A DNA stretch of 64,000 bases from Trichoplax sp. H2 (lineage: Eukaryota): the NCBI GenBank assembly GCA_003344405.1, contig NOWV01000189.1, positions 62,001 through 126,000 of the forward strand, given 5' to 3'. This document shows positions 42,601-56,810 of this stretch, piece after piece. How positions within the stretch are numbered: the stretch's first letter is position 1; every line of letters starts with the position of its first letter. The notes beneath the pieces were generated by a model. That model saw only the letters and a program-made list of their open reading frames with translations. It did not search any database and was not told the DNA's origin. The position numbers were made by a program, and so were the translations under genes.

Positions 42601-43879
42601 ACTGATTCTAATGTATTCTAACGAGACGTTAAAGTACATCAATTATACTAAAATAGGACTCAGTTTAATGGTCTAATATTAATAACTTGAATGGCTATTT
42701 GTAACTAATAAACTTTATACTTGTTTTGCTAAGTCATGGATAGAAGATATTAATGCTCACGCTGGCAATGATGTCGTTGTTATGCTATTGGGCAATAAGG
42801 TACATAAACTAATTTTCTTATTGCCGTTATATTTGCATAGAACGATAAATCAAAGTTTAAACCAAGTTTTACAGATCTCAAAGTTAACCACATTATAGTT
42901 ATGGACTCAATTAAATCGAATTCTATTAGAAATTGTACATGTCTTATTTTGTAATTACAATATTGATAATCTACTTGGTCTAATTTAGTGTAAACTAATG
43001 ATACTTTCAATCTTTATAAAATTGTATTAACTAATTTCTATTACAAAAAGGCTGATTTAACTACTGAAAAAGTTATAAAGACAGAACAAGGCGAAAAATT
43101 GGCTAAGGTAATTGTTAATTTCAGCATCATAAGAAGATTGTTTAAATCTTCTTATGACTTGAGATATCACAGGGTCTTTATCTAATTTTTATAACATAGT
43201 ACAGAATATGAATTTAAAATTAATCTACAAGGATCTCCTATCAGTCACTATGATATATTTCTACATATTTTGGATATAAAAGGAAAACTCATTTGCTATA
43301 ATCTATTAAACTACAATTTCTGATAGAGATATTTGAATCACAATATTATTAATAACGAATAATCTCTGGTTTGTGATTCTAATCAACCAGGATAATAATA
43401 TTGCTTTCATGGAAACAAGTGCAAAAACTGGCATGAATATCGACTTGGCATTTCATGCAATTGCAAAGTAAGATATATTTATTTCTATATATTTTATTGT
43501 AGATGCAATGCATTTCTAAAATTTGAATAAAGCTTATGTACAGAGTAGTACTTCAATGCAACCTAAATTGATTCCAAAATGGAAATAACCTTTAGCGAGT
43601 TTAACTCTAAAGTGTATGAGTATAGTTTCATGTATGCTTAGTTTATTCGGTATATTATGATATGACATGATTACTAATGTAATTAATTTCTGTATCGATC
43701 TGTATCGCGAATATCATAAATTATCCATTATCAGCAATAATGATAACACTATAGTAAGGGATCTTTTCCTTGTTTATAGAAATTTGAAAGAAAAGAAGAC
43801 ACTTAGAAGTAATGGTAGAGATTTTAATATGAAAGAATATGTTAACAAGGAGAAGAAAAGGAGCGGTTGTTGCTCTTGA
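33633..43879 (+). CDS. RAB37: Rab26/Rab37 family small GTPase; 9 exons
   Basis: Exons 33633-33686, 34008-34118, 39255-39296, 42128-42194, 42350-42402, 42734-42799, 43051-43107, 43391-43467, 43780-43879. Motifs: [57 protein letters not shown] and a C-terminal GCCS prenylation motif. Likely the co-orthologue of vertebrate RAB26 and RAB37. Confidence 0.93.
34235..34590. repeat. Two-copy ~187-bp tandem duplication in Rab intron 2
   Basis: GATCTTGATTGAAAT...CAGTAGAAAATAGAGCTTT...GAGGAAA occurs twice. Confidence 0.8.
37600..38520. repeat. Degenerate ~60-bp minisatellite in Rab intron 2
   Basis: Recurrent GAGTTTGTT-TA-TCTTGTTT...CATAAATCAAG-GTTAGATTATA with ~60-bp periodicity. Confidence 0.7.
40200..40700. 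repeat. Degenerate ~150-bp tandem repeat in Rab intron 3
   Basis: GAATTG(G/A)CCAATTTA...AGCTAGTTTA-GG-TAAT-TCATAAT...GATACTT...TTAGAAT modules occur about 3 times. Confidence 0.65.
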
Positions 43880-44851
43880 AGAAATAGCCTGTAAGCACTT
43901 GCGATTATTTCTTATGAAAATTATCATATCTCTATCTATATGTATAACTAGAACATATAATTATTTGCTAACATTACAATAAACTTGCTGTCTATAGCTT
44001 GTTATCCCATCTATATATTTAGTTCTATACAAAATGCATCTCAATATTCCTCAATTTTAAGTTTTCAACTTGATATTGTAAAGGTGTTTTAACGTTAAAC
44101 GAAGGTGATTCATCCATCTTTACCTTGAATGTGAATGGCATTAGCACAAAGTCAGTTAGATATAGTTCATCAATACATGTGCCAACTATAGTTGATAATA
44201 TCCCTATTATAAATCTACATGATCAACTTATTATGGCTAGAAAGGGGTGTCTTAAATAACTTCATTTAAGCTAACCTATTAAGACTGGTAAAATAGTATC
44301 TTATTTTCATCATTTACTGTATCAAATCGTTAGCTGTATTCCTCGGCCACATACAGAAACTGTATGCAAGAAAGCGTTCAATTTTTGTAGCTATTAAATT
44401 CTTAATTGTATCGTTTTACCTTTAGTAATTTACCAGACAAGATAAACGTTAAAATACTTTGCTTTGTCTGCAATTTTAATATGCTTATATTACTAATACG
44501 TCAATGAATTTGTCAATATGGACAAATTGTTTTAATATTAGCTAAGGTATTTGATAGTATTTAATTCTCTATTTATTCAGTAATACATTAATCATTATTA
44601 TACCATGGTGTAAAATTCATATTTCCTATTCAATAATTAATATTAAACCAATGATGAGAATTTGTGAAATCTTTGATGTAGACAAATTACTTGAGTAGTT
44701 ATAGTTGGTATACGCGTAAATTAATTATTTAAGTGATTAATATGCTTCTAATTGAAAATTAATAAACTGTCTTTGTCATTAATGATGTTAAACTCATTCA
44801 TTGCTATACTGCTTTAAAAAAGCCACTTTCATAGATATAACATAAACTTGG

Positions 44852-45266
44852 TGTGAGGTTGATAGATCAAGAATCTTCAAACCTTTAGAAAATTAAGATT
44901 TATTGAACAAAAAACTCGTTTACAAAGTTATAACGTAATCGATCAGCTGAGGACCTCTAACGAGAAAGAACTATTATACTGTACTAAACTACTCGCTTAT
45001 ATACTTTTCCGTGTTAACAATCTTAGCACCTTACTTACTACGCATTTCTGTATTAGCATCTCAAATACAGGATAGTTTACACCTTTCATGTGAAGCTCTA
45101 GTATGAGTACTGTAGCACTCCTCTTCAAAAGGATACAGTTACTAAGCTAGCTATATTTAATACTTAAGCTTCTAACAGAATATCTATCACACGTTGAACA
45201 CAATAACTACGGTAGATATTACTATATATATCATCAACTTAGAATACAATATTACACTGTCTTACA
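44852..45266 (-). mobile_element. Solo LTR (415 bp) with 5-bp TSD CTTGG
   Basis: Termini TGTGAG...CTTACA. CTTGG at 44847-44851 and 45267-45271. Minus-strand TATATAA (~45000) lies upstream of AATAAA (~44900). Highly similar to 45471-45886. Confidence 0.85.
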
Positions 45267-45470
45267 CTTGGATATTAAAGTTTTAATATTTGTAAAGGTG
45301 AAACATTATGGGCACATTTTATTTAACCTTTGCTATTTATGCCGTAAGAAAGTCTTTGTTGGAAGCTTACATTTAAAGTAACGCGTTTTATTCACGTAAT
45401 AACTTTTGCTGGAATAATCTCATTGGGTTTATGTGTTGCTAAGATACAAAGAGCTTATGCAGTATAACCT

Positions 45471-45886
45471 TGTGAGGTTGATACATCAAGAATCTTCAAA
45501 ACTTTAGAAAATTAAGATTTATTGAACAAAACCTCCTTTACGAAGATACAACGTAATCGATTAGCTGAGGACCTCTAACGAGAAAGAACTAGCTTACTAT
45601 ACTAAACTACTCGCTTATATACCTTTCCGCGTTTACAGTCTTAGCACCTTACTTACTACACACTTCGGTATTAGCATCTCAAATACAGGCTAGTTTACAC
45701 CTTTCATGTGAAGCTCTAGTGTGAGCACTGTAGTGCTCCTCTTCAAAAGGATTACAGCTACTAAGCTAGCTATATTTAATACTTAAGCTTCTAACGAGCA
45801 TATCTATCACATGTTGAACACAACACCTACGGTAGACATTACTAAATATATCATCAACTTAGAATACAATATTACAGTGTCTTACA
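45471..45886 (-). mobile_element. Solo LTR (416 bp) of the same family with 5-bp TSD AACCT
   Basis: Termini TGTGAG...CTTACA. AACCT at 45466-45470 and 45887-45891. Confidence 0.85.
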
Positions 45887-46604
45887 AACCTATGCTACTT
45901 CATACCAATTCTTAGGTCATTTATTATATACCTAGCATCTGATACATTGAAGCGGTCCAGCAATGGTGACGCTAAGTTGCTATAAATGTCCTCGTCACAA
46001 GAATCTAACTTCGAATCCTGAGTTTACAGTCAGGGTTTTGAAATACGTTGTCCTCATTAGCTAGTAACTCGCCATATTTAAATTATGTCGGTCAATATTT
46101 CTAGTATTTTATCAACATTTTATTTTATTTTGTAGCCGATTAGTAATGGTATCGACGGGTATCTGTGATGATGGTTCAGTATACTTCTATTTTTCTTGTA
46201 AGTGAATTAAATTGCATATTTCTGTACTTTGCTACATTTTGGTTAATCTAAAAGGATAAATTTAAGCTATCGTTACTAAGAAGTATAATCGACAACTCAA
46301 CGAGATAAGAATTTAGTCAAGTTGATTCGATTGAGATGGATCGAAATATTTTCGTTCTGATGTCAGCAGGATTTATGCCTGTAAAACTTTAAGTTAAATA
46401 GTGATTTCAATGCAGTAATATTTTTCCTTCATAAAAATAATACAATACAATATAGTAAATTTATAGCCTGCTATAAAGATATGGCCACCAACAAATGCAT
46501 TTAGTGAAAATTCAGCCTTGAATTACTCTTATAAATGTAACATAAAATAATATAATAAATATTATGTTTTTGATAAGGTAATGGAGTAATTATGATAGCA
46601 AATC

Positions 46605-48724
<2,120 letters not shown>

Positions 48725-49194
48725 AGTTAAATTAAAGCCTGCAAAAGTGAATATTAGCCACGTCTAGAGCAAAATCTTGAACATTAAAATGGAGGCTACA
48801 ATAGTGGTTCTGGTGACGTCTTCAGTCATGGTCTGCTACAATGCAAAGTGGCGAAGACCTCGTACTGTAGCCTAAAAGTAAGGATGATTTGATTTTTTGC
48901 AATTGATTTGCCATAGGGATTAACTGAAGCAATGTAAACTGAATACTGTGTCATATTACCGCTATAATAGTATCGTACATTATTCTAGACGATAACCTCA
49001 TGATTGCGAGTATTGACTGAATACGGTTTTAGTACTGAACCTCTGATACTGTACTCACTGTACACTGTACACTGTAGGCAAGGAAAAGCAGGACAAATCC
49101 GCCCGTCTGTAACACCTCTTTCGTTTCGATGTAACTGTGCTCTAAATCAGAGAGAATGCATCAAACTGCTAGATGGAGTATAATAAAATAATCA

Positions 49195-50312
49195 AAAATT
49201 GGGTAGAATAATTGTAGATGAATTGGAAAATTGGAAGCCACGGACGGAGTGGCTATGTCTTGCAATTTTACTGGGGGATAATTATATCAAGCAGCTAAAA
49301 GGAGTATACAGTACTGCATCAAACCTTGCGTACCCTCGAAATAAAGATGCTGTAATCATCTCGGAGGCTTTATGCATAGTCGAATAGGATGCTAATTTGC
49401 TGTACTCCAATTTGAGAAAATTTCGATATCTTTCTATAAAGTACTTTCTCAGCTCATTCTTTATCGAATGAACTGGATAGCGATAGCTCAGAAAGTATAG
49501 GAAATAGTCTAGTGTACTCGGTCGTATAATTCTAGTTGAATAGGAAGACTTGAAGCCACGGACGGAGCGGGTATGTCTTGCAATTTTACGCAGGGATAAT
49601 CTATCAAATTGCTCGATGGAGTATACTGTAGAGTACTGTATCAAATCTTACGTTCCCTCCAAAGGAAGATGTTTCTATCATCTCTCGGTTATATGCTTAG
49701 TCGCATAGGAAGGATGCTAATTCACTGTACAGCAAAGTGAGAGAATTTCGATATTTTTCTATGCAGTACTTTCTCAGCTCATTCTTTATCGAATGAGCTG
49801 GATCGAGATAGCTCAGAAAGTGTAGGAAATCGCAAACCTTACGTACCCTCGAAATAAAGATGTTGTAATCATCTCTAAGGTTTTATGCATAGTCGAATAG
49901 GAAGGATACTAATTCACTGTACTGTACAGCAAAGTGAGAGAATTTTGATATTTTTCCATGCAGTACTTTCTCAGCTCATTCTTTATGGAATGAGCTGGAT
50001 CGAGATAGCTCAGAAAGTGTAGGAAATCGCAAACCTTACGTACCCTCGAAATAAAGATTGTTGTAATCATCTCTAAGGTTTTATGCATAGTCGCATAGGA
50101 AGGATGCTAATTCACTGTACAGCAAAGTGAGAGAATTTCGATATTTTTCCATGCAGTACTTTCTCAGCTCATTCTTTATGGAATGAGCTGGATCGAGATA
50201 GCTCAGAAAGTGTAGGAAATCGTTTATTTATTTAATGTACGCGTACCTTAGAATAATTGTAGGTGAATAAGAAGACTTGAAGCTACGGACAGAGCGGATA
50301 TGTCCTGCAATT
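49195..50312. repeat. Composite tandem repeat array (~190-bp core x4, ~320-bp extended unit) with internal hairpin
   Basis: The core AAACCTTACGTACCCTCGAAATAAAGATG...GCTCAGAAAGTGTAGGAAAT starts at ~49321, 49643, 49834 and 50031. The flanking module GAAGCCACGGACGGAG...TGTCTTGCAATTT occurs at ~49234, 49552 and 50279. Confidence 0.92.
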
Positions 50313-50718
50313 TGGATGACGTAATTTTCCATTGCATAGTGTTCAGTACAGTGTACTAGTACTAGTCCTTCTGCTCTATGCTACATTATAGGGTGTTGTT
50401 TCCATGTGGGCTAGCCAGTAAATCGCTATGTTTTTATGGCTTACTTGGTCGACAATATCGCGACTGTATGGAAGATTTTGCAAGCCAATTCTGCTTGAAA
50501 GCATGCTAGTCAGTGTCTAGTACATGTATGCAAGGCTAATATATCTCTATCAAATAAGGCATTGAAGTGAGAAATTTGAAGAAAGTGAACAGCAGTTTAG
50601 CTCGGCTGCACCTTGGAGACCGTTGAGGTATCTTCAAACTTGAATAAAAAATCTCCATTGCAAGGTAGATTTGGATAGAAGACCTTTTAAACGACTCTAT
50701 CGATTGCTTCTTCTCCAT

Positions 50719-51303
50719 ATGGCCACTATGAGGTTACTCAATCCAAGTAGAATTGTTCTTTTTTCACGTTCTGTTGCTAATTATTGCACTAAAGCTGCCA
50801 GCAATCCGAGATGCTTTATGGATATTAGCATCGATAATGTCCCTAAGGGGAAAATTCTATTTGAACTGCGTGCCGATGTAACACCTAAAACAGCTGAAAA
50901 TTTTCGTGCTTTATGTACTGGAGAGAAAGGATTCGGTTATAAAGGCTCATTCTTTCATAGAATTATTCCTCAATTCATGTGCCAAGGTGGCGATTTCACC
51001 AATCATGATGGAACTGGTGGTACATCCATTTATGGTAGAACGTTTGATGATGAAGATTTCACTATTGCACATGATAGACCTGGACTCCTTTCTATGGCTA
51101 ACGCTGGACCCAATACCAACGGATCGCAGTTCTTCATTACAACGGTTCCTACACCATGGCTAGATGGAAAACATGTTGTCTTTGGTCATGTCGTGGATGG
51201 TGTTGATGTGCTTAAAGAGATGGAATCTGTTGGTAGTAATACTGGCAAGCCAAAAGCTAAAATTGCCATCACTGCGTGTGGCCAGGTTGAGCAAGAAGAA
51301 TAA
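50719..51303 (+). CDS. PPIF: Cyclophilin-type peptidyl-prolyl isomerase with N-terminal mitochondrial-like presequence (cyclophilin D/PPIF-like); intronless CDS
   Basis: Core motifs [57 protein letters not shown] and [10 protein letters not shown]. The first ATG is at 50719. The leader [25 protein letters not shown] is Arg/Ser-rich and lacks acidic residues. Family assignment is secure; PPIF orthology is inferred. Confidence 0.85.
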   Translation: MATMRLLNPSRIVLFSRSVANYCTKAASNPRCFMDISIDNVPKGKILFELRADVTPKTAENFRALCTGEKGFGYKGSFFHRIIPQFMCQGGDFTNHDGTGGTSIYGRTFDDEDFTIAHDRPGLLSMANAGPNTNGSQFFITTVPTPWLDGKHVVFGHVVDGVDVLKEMESVGSNTGKPKAKIAITACGQVEQEE

Positions 51304-53053
51304 CTTTCATGCAAAATCAAATATAGACCTCATTGGATCATCTATTCTACAATATCTGTTAACTGTGTTTTAAAGTATACAAGCTATTATATTTATTATA
51401 CACCATAACTTGCAAATAGATGGCAATCTCCAAATGACTTTATGCAGATTTTCTGCTATACAGTAAAATAGAACATTTTCAATTGTCATTGACCAACCTC
51501 AGTCATTCTTTTGCTAACTGTTGTTTCTCTTTATTTTTTAAATTGGACATGATTATAGCCATGTTATCAGTGAGATAGTCGTATGAATTAATAAAATGTA
51601 ATTTTGCCATCTTAAATCAATACTTTACAAATCCTCTATCTAGAGTCAACATTGCTTCAAATACGTAGTCTTAATCACGTTGCTTCACTGCTCTGGTTAG
51701 AGCTTTAATAAAGTAGCATATCTGAAAGTATTACGTTAGGACATTATCATTCTTCTTTATATGATGCTAGACAGTATTACACTATAAATAGACGTATAAT
51801 TCATGGCATAGATTTCCCACTAAAATTGTAGAATCGCTAACAAATGGTATGCAACCATTTTAAACGCCGGTCTCCAATACAAATTCAATGCTACTACTTC
51901 AAAATGGTGAAGCTATAAATCTGCGATATAGGACATACTTTAGACATGCAATCTTGTAGACAGACATACAGACTTATGTACGCCATAAAATAAAAAACAG
52001 GTAGTTCTGATTAAGGGCGAGTTTCCAACACGGTCCGTAACATTTCTTTTTATTTTCCAAGCAACTTCAGAGTTATGACAAGTAACATGATCATCCTACT
52101 TAAACAAGCCTGGCATAATATATTTGTATTATTTATCAATGCCTTAAAAGCGAAAGGTAATTCTATATTTCTCAACGTCAACTAGTTCAGTTACTTTCTT
52201 CCACCTTAATAATATGATAAAAGTACATTTCAACACAACATACTGCCTATATGTAAAATGAAAACTATCAATACTGGTAATATTTGAATTAGAGCGTTAT
52301 CATAATTGCACGTCTGATACTAGAATCAACCATCACAGTACCTAAGACAGACGACAATTTTTTTCATCCTATTACAGCGTAGCAACAACTTCCATTTTAC
52401 AAGATAGTGGATGATAGGAAATACATAAGCGCATACGGTAGTTATTGACCGGATTGCATTTTATCCTCGACCCATTAGCAATCATTTTACTGTATGCCAT
52501 ATTAAGTGCTACATCAAGTTCATTAGTCGATAAGTACAGAAAAAGTTTCCAATTGCGAGTATATTATATTTGAAAATAAAGGCAAAATTCAAGACTGTTT
52601 TCAGTATCATTAATAACTATCAATATCAATTGCACTGTACAAAAGGTGAATGTACATTACGATGAGGTTATAAATCAGCATGATCAATTTTTTCATCGAT
52701 TTAATTTACGTAAACTATCATGAAGATTGATAACCTCTACAGCAACAGTTGATACTGCATTATAATTCTAGTGTTGCATTCCATTCCATCTTAAGAAGCA
52801 AAATTGAAGTCAGTATTGAAAACAAGAGGGAAGAAACGCTACCTCAAAATTGTATTTTGATCACCATTTGAGTATGCAATCATGCACAATTATTGTGATG
52901 AATGCATGTCATGTCATATTTGCATTAATAGTAAGTAATAGATTAATTACAAAATGGTTTATAAAGGTAATGAATTGAATTGAAAATTTTGGATAACTAA
53001 ATGTGTAATAAGCCATATCTTAAGATTGACTAATCCATGTTAGGCCACCATTT

Positions 53054-56000
53054 CTATAGCTGATCGATCTGCCATTTACCCAAGATTGTATCTTTGATTG
53101 CTTCAACATATTGTGCAGGCATCCAATAGAGCCAATAAATAGATAATTCAGTTGGTCCTAATTGTAAACCCTACCACAATAAATCATGCTAGTGTGCTTA
53201 GCTTTCTAACTACGAAATCGAGAATTCACATTTTGAATAACACTATCTACCTTCGTAGATTTCAGCAATCAAATCAATAGCAGAAGGCAAAGGTGTTACT
53301 ACTAACTACCGTACTAAACCGATTGTTCGCTACTATTTACCATGATGTGATAATCTTCATCGCCTTCAATTGGCTCCGACGTGACATTTCTGATGGAAGC
53401 TATCGGCACTTTTTCAGTATGCTCTATAGTGGCAATAAAAACTCTTTCAGTCAGCTATACTAATCATATATTGAAATGATTCAATAGAACAATTCATTCT
53501 TCAAAATTTTTATAACCAGTTACGAGTAATTATAAATTCAGCATATGTATAATCGAATAGTTTTATAACTATAATACACGAGTACATGTATGCAGTACAT
53601 AAGTAATACGTATCAAGTTCTTAGATTAGGATAATGGTTCAGTAGCATAATAACCTTTTGTCCCTATCCACAGTTGATTAATGAGCAATTTAAAAGTTAA
53701 TCGAACTTTACTTCCATGTTTGTTATACATTCCTGATATTGGTGTGGATGGTAATGGATCCTGTAAATGAAATCGGTATCACTGGCTCAGTCATTCTTTT
53801 ATTGATATGTGTAGGATTATCATAGCAATATCGACAGTTGGCCCTCTATAACGATCTCATTACTGTATCAACATTTGCACAGCGTTTATACGATCACAAA
53901 ATAATTATTTCATTGAATAGACAAGTATCCACTGTGACATACACTAGAGACACTAAGAAGTAAAGCTCTAGCCTCTGTGACATACGGGCAAAAGTCGGTA
54001 AAATTAGCAAGGCACTACTATATGTTCACTTTTTAATTTACGTAACATTATAGAATAAAATTTTAATTCATTAATATCTAAATAAGGAGTTAACGATCGG
54101 AACGTAATAGAACATTATGCATAGATTGCTATTTTAATTTATTACTGATATCTAAATAAAGCTCTTGACAATCAGAACGTTATAGAATATTATAGATTTC
54201 TATTTTAATTTATTAATGATGATATCTTAATAAGGTAATTGATGATCAGAGCGGTAGAGGTTCCTCTACCTGTTTACTCTCTATTTACAACCAGTTTATA
54301 TTGTAAGTTAAATCGTCGTTTTACTACAACATATTCACTAATGCGCCATTGTAGTACTTAGCAATAACAACTCAATATAGCGATTGAGTGATCTATTAAC
54401 GACGTAAGCAAATTCTCTAGTTACTACAGCACAACATGCTCACTTTTGCACTATGATACTATTTGTTAACGATAACTCAATATGATAATTAATTAATGGA
54501 AGACTAAACGGCTACGCAAGTTAAATCGTTAGTCACCACAACATATTCACTTCCGTGCCATTATCGAATTCAGCCATGATAATTTAGTAAGACCACTGAC
54601 GATCAGAACGCTAAAAGCCTTTAACCAAAACTAATGTGTAACTTACCCGCCTACGCTTATCACCAGGTGAGATACCTTCCGGCTTGCCTTTATCTAAAAT
54701 TTTCTTATGTTGCTACAGTCACAAGGAAGGAAGAAAGGACAGAAAACTATAATTATAATTTGCACCAGTTAATCTGATTAACCAATACTTCAAGGTCTTA
54801 ATCATAAATGTATAATGCGATAGTATGACTAACTCTTAAAAATATACCTTCTGCTTGCATAAAGGTTCTCTTTTTGGACCTGCAATGTAAAATAAAAAGA
54901 CTAGGTTACGATCAAATTGTGCAATATGAAATTGACCTAATATAGTTGTCGTTAACAGGATTTTGAAGAGTCAAATTACGCATCTGTGATTGTCATCAAA
55001 TCTGACGTAATCAATTTCTATTGACGTTATGAAGCACAAGTCAACCCTAATTAATGTATGCGAATTAAATCGAATAAATTGAATCCTGTAATATAATATA
55101 TTGTAATATCATTGTCCACGTTAACATTCTATTTCGTATCATGAGGCAGAAACTGAAGTTATGCGTTCTAGCTAAATGAATGAATATAAGTATTTATACA
55201 GTAAATAAAGAAAAAGCCATGCATAATCGGATACGGTCAAGACTGACTTTGTCTGATATCATTCCTAGTCAACGACGGACAATAAGCGTTTTATAATATG
55301 CTCGATTTACAGGCGTTGAAAGGTAATCATAAAATGTGTATTTCAAGATCAATCATTCATTTCATTCATGAAACATTGAAGATTCAACGGTAACAAATCA
55401 GCAGATGGAATTCTTGCAGCAAAGATACGATCACTTACTCACCCGTATGGCTAACTAAATCTTTGGGAGTCATAACCACAGGTTTTACGACATCGATGAT
55501 ATCATTCACAGTCGACCCAACCAGCATCATTTTGCTGTTACGAGCCACTTTTAATTCGCGTAGTGTCTTGCTATCTTGTGTTAAACCTTTATACATTAAC
55601 TTTTGCATAGTAGCAGGAATTTCTAAGATTCAAAAAATAAATTTAGACCTAAGTATTGTACAGCAGTACAGAGAAGGCAGACAATGCTGCAGTTTCGTGT
55701 CTGGGGCATGTCTGCATGTCTACATGGGCCTACTGTCTGTTGTTTGCCTTCAACGACATCATTATTACAATATTAAAGTAAATCACAATCGTTCATATGA
55801 AAGTAATATTAATCAATGTAGGTCAGCGTTAAGTACTGTTGGTGACGCAATGCAAAAGTACGATAGGCTATTATCCTACTAGCTTGCAGCTTCCGGTAAT
55901 CATGTCACAATAATGCAGACAAAGATGGACACGTCTAAATTGCAAAAGTTCCAATATAGAAAAAGTAACGAATTGGGTATCTGAAAGGAAACATCCAATT

Positions 56001-56334
56001 CTGTCTGCTCCATCTTGTAATTCTACGATATCACATCTATTTAGTATAATCATCAGAGTCATACCACTAGTTAACAACGTTATTCATTACCAGTTAATTT
56101 TTCCATGTGTTTCTTGACTTGGGCAATAGTTTGATCTAAATTAAATTCCACATCAAAAGTTTTCTTCTTCCATACAACACGAAAAGAAATCATTTCTTGA
56201 CCAGCTGTGGCTTGATCTTTCAACTCTTGTATACTCGCTACCGTCGTTGGCGCATCATCGACTGCAGCACAAGCTCCTTCATTGCAATTACTTCCACCTC
56301 CTCCTGAACCATTACTCTCTTCCATCTTTTCCAT
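53054..56334 (-). CDS. UBFD1: Ubiquitin domain-containing protein UBFD1; 7 exons
   Basis: Exons 56091-56334, 55443-55622, 54848-54879, 54647-54712, 53655-53760, 53341-53423, 53054-53170. It has a UBL domain (FRVVWKKKTFDV...IPATMQKLMYKGL) and the C-terminal region GMYNKHGSKVRLTFKL...SEPIEGDEDYHIMGLQLGPTE...WLYWMPAQYVEAIKDTILGKW. Confidence 0.95.
54030..54610. repeat. Degenerate short tandem repeats in UBFD1 intron 4
   Basis: TTTTAATTTATT...ATATCTAAATAA...GATCAGAACG units of ~70 bp, then ACAACAT-TTCAC...ATAACTCAATAT units of ~110 bp. Confidence 0.6.
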
Positions 56335-56685
56335 TTCGCTGTAGCGCAACAAAATGCTCCTACCTACTGAATGTCCTATTCCGATCGAGTCGACTTTTAC
56401 CACAACAAATTGGACGGAAATTTCACCTCGCTTTTCTCCGCTATCGTCGATAGCACTAATCAATCAATCCTACCGTATCGGTAACGATTTCAGCTCAATT
56501 CTATGGCGGTCTCCCTGCACTAATACTCCGTCTAAAAGCCAATTGGAGGATGCCAAGAAGAGTGCAAGATCTCAGATTGCGACAGCAACCAGAATTTAAT
56601 TGAAAGATTCTTCTTCCTTCTAATAAGGCGAAAAGCTTTCAAGTGAGCATAACCGTTTTCTATTTGCCATATCATGATTTCAGCC

Positions 56686-56810
56686 GTACAGTACCGTACT
56701 GTACTATACCGTACTATACCGTACAGTACTGTACGGTAAGTGTACACTGTACAGTACTGTATACTGTAGTGTACGAAACTGCTTACTGTACACTGTACAG
56801 TACAGTACTA
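56686..56810. promoter_or_regulatory. Dense TACAGTA/TACTGTA cluster about 350-480 bp upstream of the UBFD1 start codon
   Basis: Same motif family as 9928-10058. The regulatory role is inferred from position. Confidence 0.5.

Noticed and set aside
44852-45886. A single TRIM or LTR-internal-LTR element
   Set aside because: Each repeat has its own distinct TSD, the outer flanks do not match each other, and no PBS/PPT is evident in the spacer.
45950-46040. tRNA or Pol III gene next to the solo LTRs (TTCGAATCC, B-box-like)
   Set aside because: I could not build a cloverleaf or a convincing A box.
49195-50312. CRISPR-like array
   Set aside because: The context is eukaryotic, units are ~190 bp with no unique spacers, and there are no cas genes.
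50671-50718. TTG-initiated N-terminal extension of the cyclophilin in the ORF track
   Set aside because: This is a eukaryotic gene. The first ATG is 50719 and gives a plausible targeting peptide.
55463-56599. Plus-strand ORFs overlapping UBFD1 (and similar ones antisense to ABCA3 and NUBP1 exons)
   Set aside because: They are antisense shadows of real exons with no independent evidence.
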